The translations under genes were made by a program, and so were the position numbers. This document shows, in pieces, positions 11,116-20,000 of a stretch of 20,000 nucleotides of DNA (positions are counted from its first letter, which is position 1; each line of letters opens with the position of its first letter). The stretch lies in NCBI GenBank assembly GCA_000934665.2, contig KZ538498.1:45896-65895 (forward strand), given 5' to 3'. The notes below the pieces were generated by a model. The model ran no database searches. It saw only the letters and a program-made list of their open reading frames with translations, and had not been told where the DNA came from. The DNA is from Catajapyx aquilonaris. Lineage: Eukaryota.

Positions 11116-12838
11116 TACTGTAAGACAGAGTTGAAAGTAGTTTTAATAACATTGATAGATATGGTCGTGTGCAACATTTGCTACGGGTACAACATATAGC
11201 GGTGAGTACGTCCGTCACCACATCATAACTGGCACAAAATTCGATAACCAGGCTTTAAACCGCTTTGCCTTCCTGCACCCACACTCATAAATAATCCTTT
11301 CCATTCCACCCCTCTCCTTGAAAACCCTGTGTGTCTTCATTATCTGCCACACTTCCCTTCTTTTGTTTCACCCGCGGCCATTAATAGAAAATTACCAGTA
11401 CCACTGTAACAAGCTAATGAGACGATAATGTAATTTTCGCCTACGGTCCGCTCCCCAACTGTCAAATCCATGTGTCGCTTCGGCTTATGCTACATTACGC
11501 AGCTGCAGAGGATGGCGGCCAGGGATCCATGTGTGCCACTGCAGTACCAGCATCGCCTCCAGCTGGTCTTCACTATTTTGCACTCTCTACCCACACTTAT
11601 ACACTTCTAACTTCCATATAAAAAATGGTCTGCACTTTTTAAAAATATGCTACTCAAAATGAAAAATTATACACGATTATTTCTAATACAATGTTATATT
11701 TCCAGTACTGGCTCAACGTGTATATTAGTTCATTTAAATTCGAGTGGTACCCAGTACGGTGGTTCTGCTGTTCTTTTGATATCCAATTCCGCTTGCCTGC
11801 TTTTCCTTTCGTCTGTTTGCCTTATCTCGTCCTTTTCTCGTCTTCCATTTCTCATCACTTGTGTGAGGAGGGAGATGGGGAAATTTTCTCAAGGGAGACA
11901 GTTGGCAAAGCCTGCTTGTCGACTGAAAGAAGCTCATTGTCATCGGTTAATGGATACCTCGCCTTCTCCGTCCCTTTTTTTGAGGTGTTTTCCCCACTGA
12001 GAATTCAAGTTTGAACTCGTTTAATTGTCACGTCCAGTGCTTCAAGTTAAGTGTCGTTTCCTTGCTCCAGAATGCGTTTCAATTTTCCTCGGGAATGTGG
12101 GCATAATATTCAATGTACAGTATTATGTATGAAGCATTCGGACACGTATTAACCGGGGCAATAGCATTATCTATGTGAGGTATTTTTGGCATGCAAAAAA
12201 TCATTCATAGCGCTGCCGAGGCTAAATCATTCTCTGCACGAAACAGCCATTTTCAAGAACATGTTCTAGCATGTGCAATTGTATGCGAATTGCATAGCGT
12301 CCAATTTTGTTCAATTCAGTACCTAGTATGGAATTTCCTTAAAAGGACGTGGTTATAGCTAATTGTTTTAATTTGATCCCATCCTTTTAGCCAGCATGAT
12401 GCATGCCCCCACCCCCCATCTAGCATACCCGGTTTAGTTCCCCGTTTAATATAAGCTGAGTCCCCCGCAGCGCCATGTCTCTCGTTTCAATCCTGCTGTT
12501 TCCAACTATCTTGGGGCTGTAGACCTCCGGAAATTGAAGCCGAAATGGCAGTTTATTGGGAGACCTTAAACCGATTCCTGGAGTGTGGTCCCCACATTTA
12601 ACCTCCCCCCCTCCCCTCTCTCCTCTTCATCCAACCTCGCCAATTAAGCTCAGGGTAGAAAAAAGGGGAAGAGAGGGGGAAGGCGGGGAAGAGTGATGAG
12701 CAATTCCCCTGGAAATTTTATCCCTAGGACTGGATCCCAAACACCCGGTTCCCGACGGTTGCCCACTTAGGAAATCCTGTGTACACTTGGAGAGAAATTC
12801 CAAGTCCTCAACAAGCTGCTACCCAATCCTCTCTAAAT

Positions 12839-13157
12839 CCGCTCGAATCCTACGTGCCTCCTGCTATTTAGCAAAGAAATCGAGAAGTTAAACAGCTATG
12901 CAACACACATACTCCTAAACCGGTAGCGGCTATTGTTAACTAATATTAGGTCCATTTGACATGTAGTCCCTGGAAATTTTGTACCATAAGTTAACACCGC
13001 TCGAATCTTACGTGTCTACTGCTATTTAGCAACGAAATCGAGAAGATGTGCAACACATGCCCATAAACTAATAGCCGCTACTGTCTTAACTAATATTTGA
13101 GGGTGGCTGGTCCATTTGACATGTGGTCCCTGGAAATTTTGTACCATAAGTTAACAC
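12839..13157. repeat. Diverged two-copy tandem duplication, period ~158 bp
   Basis: Units start ccgctcgaatc at 12839 and 12997; both end ggtccatttgacatgt.gtccctggaaattttgtaccataagttaacac. Confidence 0.93.
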
Positions 13158-14106
13158 TGGTGGCTGCCAATGTACCAAAAGTGGTCTGGCTGCAAACTGG
13201 CAGTGTACTCCGGAGAAAAGAGCTTTTGAAAAATGAGTGTGCGCGCTCCCTGTGTGATCAGGGGCTGTCGGAATTGCCCCCTGCACTTGGTCTACTACAT
13301 AGAACAGAGCCTGCGCCAGATGCACGGTTGCACCAACTAGTAGGGCACCCGGTTTGCTATCCCACCCCCACCTCTCCCTACCCCAACTAAGCTTCCCACT
13401 CGCATCCAATCGATATCCAAGCTGGAATTGAAACGGGATCCAAAGCCGCTGTAGCCGGCCCTGGCATAGCGGACAATAGAATTCCCAACGTTCCTCTCTC
13501 TCCTTTCGCAGCCAGCCGGAGATAAACGCCTCCCTGGTACCGCCTGGTAACCCTCCTCCGGTAACGTTGCCAGATGGATATATGCACTTGTCATGTTCCA
13601 AAACTCCGCAATATTGCCAGCTCCCCCCGTCCGTTTTGATGCCCGCTTTCAACTCGAACTGGCCGTCTCTTCCGCCATTTAAAAGCTCGCGGTTATTAAA
13701 CAATTTTTCAATTCCGGTCTGGCATGTAACGCACAAAAAAGTATGGAACAGGAGTCCCACATTTGAAAACCACGCATGCCAGGCGTTACCACCCACCATT
13801 TTTTTTTTTTTGTCCCTCTGCAGCATCGGAAATTGGAATGCGAACATACATCTGAAACGCAGTCGGTCGCATCGTGGCATTTTGCGTCCAGCCACTGGCA
13901 TACAGCAATGCATCGATGGGAATTGATAAAAAATGCGAATGGTTCTCTGGCTGACGATAACGCATCGTTCTAACCGCCAACTAAATTCCGGTTGCTTTGA
14001 CTGCCACTTTCTTTACCTCCCCTGCCGTCTGATTCCTAGCTTTTTTTAAAAAAAATCGCTGGACCACAAAAGATGGCGGAACCCCACCGGATCAGCAAGG
14101 AACGTA

Positions 14107-14317
14107 CTATCATGCTAACAAAGATTGTCGCGAGTTATCCTGGCTTAGATGCAACCCGTTGCACAGATGTGTGTTGCTTATCTGACCCCGTCCCTTAATA
14201 TCTGCTTTGCTCTCCGGAGTCTCCTTAGCTGTCTTTGTGGACACACACAATGCACACCTGTGCAGTGGGTTGCATCCAAGCCAGAATAACTCGCGACAAT
14301 CTTTGTTTTGGCCATTG
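14107..14317. mobile_element. Tc1/mariner-type MITE with decayed outer termini
   Basis: Inverted arms AACAAAGATTGTCGCGAGTTAT.CTGGCTT.GATGCAACCC... (about 14117-14175 / 14249-14307). A TA lies exactly 10 bp outside each arm (14105-14106, 14318-14319). Confidence 0.78.
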
Positions 14318-17300
14318 TACACAGACTTCAAAATGGGGTTGTATTGGGAACAGTTACTTCCTTCCCATTATCCGTAGAGAGTGCAGATTTAATTGAGGTG
14401 GAATTTTAAAAATGTAGTCCAGAGAATGGAAATCCGCACTTTTGTGGTGCAGGAGTGAAGCATGTCGTTCCCTCCAGCCCTTGTTTCTTCCTAGGCCTTG
14501 AGTCCGCAACATGGAAAACTCATCTTCGCTACTTTGAGGGAGAAGAGTGAAAGGCAAGCCTCGTGAGAAACACACAAGTCCCTGTGGTTCTCCCATTTCC
14601 ACTGTCTCTTGCGTCGCATCAAGTGCAAGCCCTGGAGACTGCAATGCAATCACCAATCACACTTTCAGCAAAGTTGGATCCAGATCACTGACCAAATTTG
14701 TGCTTAAGTGAATAAGATGCGGGTGCAATCTTCAAAAAAAAAATGCAATTCATGGTACCATTCACCGGTCCAATCCTAGGCTAGAAAACTTTTTCTCCAG
14801 CCCCAAGACCGCTTCCTCAATTCCACTCTGAGGACACAGAAGAAATCGAAAAGTTTAAGAGCTGATGGGTAAGTTGTCTGCAAGACTCGTACTTTTTTTT
14901 AGGTTCGTCGCAGGAGCGAAAAAGGGCTTAAAAACGACGGAGGTCTTCGAATAGAACGCTCGATGCGATTACTGTAATTTGCCAAGCTCCGTCAGCAGAG
15001 TCTGTTGGGTATTTCTACTCTTTGTATCCGAGGTGGGAGGGGGGCACCAGTACGGAACATGAAAATACCTGTTCATTAGGGACCCATCGTACGAAGCAAC
15101 ACTTTTTCGCCAACTTCGTCACAATTAACTCTCCATACACAGAAAATGGGGGTAAAAAAAAGTTCTTGGCTGGAGTCCTAATGATCGTTCACAGTATTCA
15201 TCCCGTCATTAGCTTGGCTTTTTGGAAGTCGAAACTTTTTGAAGCTGCTTGTACTCGTGTATCCCCAAAAGATGGTTGGAGAGAAAATGCAAAATTTTGA
15301 GAGAGCAAAAACGAGCGTGTGAAAAATAATATCCCCTGACTCCAGCTAATGGGGAATCAAGAGGCGTTAATCGATTGTTTGCAGCCCGGGTTCTCCGGGG
15401 AGAGTGTGCGCGGAAAACTACCAACATTTTGCCCTCGACTCTCCATGAGGACAGTCAAATATTACTTTTGCACACATTTTTTTTTTTCAGTTCCACTTTT
15501 CCTACCATGCTCCAACACACGCGAGGCGACAACTTCCAGGCTCATTTTCGGCCAGAGCATTAATATTTCTGTACCAGCATGCGGATTCAAACTTTCAGGT
15601 GATGCTAATTATTGTTCTCTGCATTCCTAACTATACCTTGCTGTATACCTTGTACTGTAGACTTGGTACTAACCCATAGCAACAATTGAGACTATGTCCT
15701 AAATATGGCGGCGCGACCGTTAAAGGCGTCATGTGACGGCCGCCAGATGGCACAAGAGTTGACAACACAGATAACAGCTCCATGACACTTGCGATACGTC
15801 ATATCAACATGACATCAACAGAGTATTATATCCAACTGCAACCAGCTTCGAAAAATCAAACTTCAGATACTCCACTGGGCTGAATGACCGCGATCCCGAT
15901 CCGTCGTTTTTGGGGACACATTTCTTATCTCCGGTCCCGGGTTACATTATGTGCAAGTCTGCCTACCCTCGGGAGAGCCTGACACTTGATCAATCGCCCG
16001 TCCCCTTGCGTCCAGTTGCCCTTTCAACCAACTGGACATTATCTTCGCCTTATTCCAGTCCATCGGTCATCAATCTTTACTCCCGACAGAGGTTCAGGAG
16101 ACCCATTTGACAACATAGCAAAAGAAGTTGGGCCCAATAGAAGGACAGGTTACAGAGGAAGGGAATATCAGTGTCGTGTTCTGGCGCAGATCAATCTGGA
16201 GCTAAGCCTTCAACGTCAAATGGGTATAAGTAGGAGGCTTTGGTGTTTACGGTAAGGAAAAAAAAACCCCGATACTCTAGGGTACATTCCAAAAAAAAAA
16301 TTGTACGAGATTATGAGATTCCATGATTTTCCTCCCCCCAAAAAATATCGGACTCTTCGACCGGAGCACAGCATAAGTGGAATCGAGGTTGAACCTTGCA
16401 GTCGGATGATCAGACCTGCACATTATACGGCTTATCCTCAACTCCCCAAAATGGAGGGAGAAAAAAAATGTTCTTCCTGTTTGAAATGGACCACGAAACG
16501 AGGGCCGTATTCTCCAAATGCAACTTTTGTGGCCGTTCTACCGGATGCGGATAACTATGCCATAGTTTTTTTTTTTGTTCTCTATTTTTTTTTGTATCTG
16601 CTTTTCTCACAAGCGAAACTGCCGGAGTTTGGGGAAAATTTCAAAACTGCTTCGGCCTATTTCTGTACTGCATGGCGCATATCGAGTGGTTGGAGGCTAT
16701 TCAGGGTCCAAAATGTAAGCACTATTCTACCAGCTAAGAAAACTGTGGCTATATTAAATGCGGAATTAAGGCAGCTTTTACACTGTATGCTGACTATACA
16801 ATTTTTGCCTCTCGACTGTTATCAGAAAACCTTGTCTCGTATAGGGGGTCCGAATGAATACCCAGATGGGTTCCCATAAAGAAACTAAAATCCTCCCTAC
16901 GGTTGCAATAATCTCCCTCCCCAGTACCTTCAATCATCAATTCCGCAAAACAATCAAGTAACTTTATAGCTCCAGGAGGCTTACGGCAGTATCGGAGTCT
17001 TCCACATGTGGGCTATGAAAGGCAGAAATTTTGTTTCTACGACCTCCTGGAAAAAAAAAATCGCTCCTCGCACACCGAAAAAAAAAAAAAGATTATTCCA
17101 TCGCATTTCCTGATTCGGTGTCGTAGCGCCAATATCGATCTCCGACATGAAATTGGAGAGAGGAAAAAGGCAAAATTGGCTTTTCAGGAGTTAAAACAAT
17201 GCTGGGTACCGAGTCTTTCCATTTCCAACTTCTACACCGCCATGGGAGAAATTCAACAATGGGAACTGAACAGATTACGACGTTACTCCTTTTTAATACA

Positions 17301-17508
17301 ATTCCTGGCTCGTCGTTTCGCGATTGGATGATTGTGTCGTGATATTAGGTTCTGAAAGAATTCATTTTCGCTGCTAGAGCTTTCCAATGGCTATGCCCCC
17401 CCTCCCCATTTTCTGCTAAAATAAGCGCCCTCAGAGTCAGGTGCCAGTAAATGGCAGATCCAATCTTGGAAAATCAGTCTCAAGAACTCGGTATTAATTC
17501 AGAAAAAT

Positions 17509-17806
17509 ACCGAAGCAGTGGTAGCGGAGGGGATATGGTATCCTGCTAATCGGGAGGTCCTGGGTTCGAATCCCGGTGGCCGCCGACCCTGACCGTGGTT
17601 TTCTGTGGTTTCCCATGATCTCACCAGGAAAATTCCGGGGGGTCGTGTCCGTAATTATAGTCCACAGCCGCTTCCTTCCGTCCCTATCCCATCCCCATAT
17701 ATGAGAAGTAAAAACGAAAGCAAGAGTTCCAGACTTTAAAAAATGGTGGTATCCCACCCCCCTAAGAGGGCCCATGGCTCTAGCGCGGGGTACAAATTAT
17801 GATTAT
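17509..17806 (+). mobile_element. Full-length tRNA-derived SINE (SINE-2)
   Basis: Perfect 17-bp TSD tattaattcagaaaaat (17492-17508 / 17807-17823). Box A-like agtggtagcgg, box B ggttcgaatccc, core gtggttttctgtggtttccc...ccacagccgcttccttcc, and an (ATT)n-like tail. Confidence 0.95.
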
Positions 17807-18489
17807 TATTAATTCAGAAAAATGGTCCTACTTGCACAATATTTCACCATAAATGCCGTCAAGGTGATGCTAGAAATTTCCTCGATGCCATGAAAGCAAA
17901 TTTATTTTTAAAATTATATTGCGTAATATCCATCACACATGCTGTAGGCTACGCATAATTATTTTCATTAAATTAACCAGACTTTAGACGCAATGTACTA
18001 AGGTCGATTGAGTTAATTCAATAATGTTAGCAAGAGTTTCAGTGAAAATTTTGCTGCATAGTATATGTGCGCTATAAAAGTGAAAGCTAGTACTGTAATG
18101 CAGGGATACAGAGGTGAGAGTGAGGTCAAAGTGCTTTGAATTTGAATATTTCAAACAAATGGCCACAGATTTTTCGCGATATGTTATTAATTAAAAGTGA
18201 CATTTAATTAATTTAATGAGTAATACGCCCACTCCATTCGGAAGGGATGCCACATAGTGCCAAAGCATTGCGCAATCATCGGTGGGGTTAATGAAATAAC
18301 AGTTTTAGGAAACAACATGTGACTCATATACCAATGCAGGTCACATCCATGATACAAATTATTTCCGGTTTATATAACCTCCTGTGGCCCTTTTAAATTT
18401 GGAAAATTCACATCCCTTTGGCCCCAATACATCTGTATCCCTGGCTTTCACTTTTCTAGTACTATCAAGCACCATTCGCCCCTAAAATA

Positions 18490-18700
18490 CAGGGTGTTTA
18501 AACTTTTTTGACCGAACAGTTATCGGAAATATTGCACTTAGCTGCTACTTTGTAAGCAGTGTATGCCACTTCAACCTAAGATTCGCAGGGAATATTCTCC
18601 ATTCCTCCAGCAAATCGGTTGCAAGTCACAGCTTACAAAGTAGCAGCTTATAGTGCAATATTTCCGATAACTGTTCGGACAAAAAAGTCGAAACACCCTG
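18490..18700. mobile_element. Tc1/mariner-type MITE, hairpin-like
   Basis: TA-CAGGGTGTTT...AAACACCCTG-TA with about 70-bp inverted arms (ccgaacagttatcggaaatattgcact / agtgcaatatttccgataactgttcgg). Confidence 0.93.
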
Positions 18701-18704
18701 TATT

Positions 18705-19281
18705 TTTTTTATTTTATTTTACTCCGTGATGTCCCTTACGGGAGCTATAGGGGGTGGCATACCACCATCAGTTTTCTGTATATATTTTTTCACTTCATTC
18801 TCCGGTGCAAGGAAACAGGGACAATGGGAAAGGATAGGGATTTTTTGGGGAGGGAACATAGGTGCAAGGTGCAATGTCGTAGCTATGGGTCATGTGCTGT
18901 TCCCCCAGGAGGTTAGGTTGCCAGACACCTCCTTGGTGCAGGTCAGAGACCCTCCTGACGCAGGTGAAAGGAAAGTTCCCCAGGCGGGGATCGAGCCCTA
19001 GGGCTGTGCGATATTTCGATACATCGACTGTCGATACGATATTTTCCTAATATCGAAGTTGCGATTTCCGACGCTTGGCATGTTCGATGTATCTAATATC
19101 GCGATTTTTCTATGTCGGTTTTAGATGTCGGTTTTTCGATTTTCGATATATCGACTTCGATTCGATATTTTTGAAGTATCGAAAGTCGATATGTAGTTTC
19201 GGATATCGCACAGCCCTACCTAGGGCCTTTCACTCAGCAAGCCGAGATGTTACGGTACCATCTCGGCCACCACACCTCCCC
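18705..19281 (-). mobile_element. tRNA-derived SINE (SINE-3), interrupted by a hAT MITE
   Basis: 14-bp TSD aaacaccctgtatt (18691-18704 / 19282-19295). Minus-strand head ggggaggtgtggtggccgagatggta (box A-like), box B-like ggctcgatccc, and A-rich tail (taaaa)n. Body is homologous to the middle of SINE-1. Confidence 0.85.
18999..19218. mobile_element. hAT-type MITE (TAGGG termini)
   Basis: Perfect 16-bp TIR TAGGGCTGTGCGATAT; interior filled with short TCGATA/TATCGA-type repeats. The 8-mer cctagggc follows the right end (19219-19226) and overlaps the left end (18997-19004). Confidence 0.88.
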
Positions 19282-20000
19282 AAACACCCTGTATTAGTCA
19301 TTAGTGGACCCAGCAATATAGATGTCCTACATATGACCGATCTTTCCAACGTGGGTACATACACTGTCGATCACACCACAGCATGTCAATAGTGTAGACA
19401 CGCAACACCCCCACTTTAATATTCTTTCCCCTACATAAAACCCATGTGAAAAAATGCATATGGTACCCTGCCAATTCTTAGACCATGATTTTCACCCCCC
19501 CCCCCTCCTCCCCCACAAAAAAACACTAGAGTACATGCGAGAAATTAACTCAGCGTTATCACCCTGGCAAAAAGGGCCTCCTGGAACATCCGGGGTGGGC
19601 CAAGGAAACCGTGAAATACTGCCTCCAGGCTCCTTTACCCCCGAAAAGCCTAGGCTCCTTCAGGCCGCGGGGCCATTTTGAACCAAACCAAGACCCATCC
19701 ATACACATACAGGCAGACTTTTATTACGATGGGGGCGCTGCTGGGGCTGCCAACCGCAAACAAAACACCAGCGCTCCCCGTAGCGCTGCCTCATCCAGGC
19801 ACTTGGGCTCTCCGGGCCTCCCATCCGGACCCTAGAGTTATTTGGCGCTTCCAGTCTCTACGTAGAGAAAAATTGCTCTCTTGAATTAGGCCTGCGGGAT
19901 TAAAAACACAGAGAACGGATTATATGCCTATTTATTTCACTGCGAATGCACGGGCCCCTATCTGGTCCTGGTTTCATTAATTTTTTCTCTCCCCCCCCCC

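Noticed and set aside
13086..13913. Longest ORF (275 aa, minus strand)
   Set aside because: No recognisable domain; it crosses a poly-T tract and ends inside the tandem duplication, consistent with a chance ORF.
16301..16879. 192-aa ORF with a hydrophobic stretch
   Set aside because: The Phe-rich segment derives from poly-T runs, the start is non-ATG, and no family is recognised.
17509..17582. tRNA gene
   Set aside because: No acceptor stem or T-run terminator, and it continues into a SINE body bounded by TSDs. The same applies to the heads at about 2231 and 19281.
19010..19210. CRISPR-like or iteron-like short repeat array
   Set aside because: The TCGATA-type repeats are irregularly spaced and enclosed by hAT TIRs, so they are subterminal repeats.

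Overview
This is non-coding, repeat-rich eukaryotic (probably invertebrate animal) genomic DNA, with no intact recognisable protein-coding gene; the listed ORFs look spurious. It holds nine short non-autonomous DNA transposons (MITEs) defined by terminal inverted repeats (TIRs) and mostly by target-site duplications (TSDs): five Tc1/mariner-type, two hAT-type, one piggyBac-type and one unclassified fold-back element. It also holds three tRNA-derived SINEs plus a SINE fragment, an (AG)22 microsatellite and a ~158-bp tandem duplication. The best observations are: (i) the three SINEs are mosaics of shared modules with a covarying 3' hairpin; (ii) a three-layer nest at 18490-19295 (mariner MITE, then SINE, then hAT MITE) whose order can be read from the TSDs; (iii) two related mariner MITEs share internal sequence but have different, self-symmetric termini; (iv) a possible decayed Merlin-like transposase remnant; (v) clusters of CTCF-like and other motifs. 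I see no evidence for a novel gene system.
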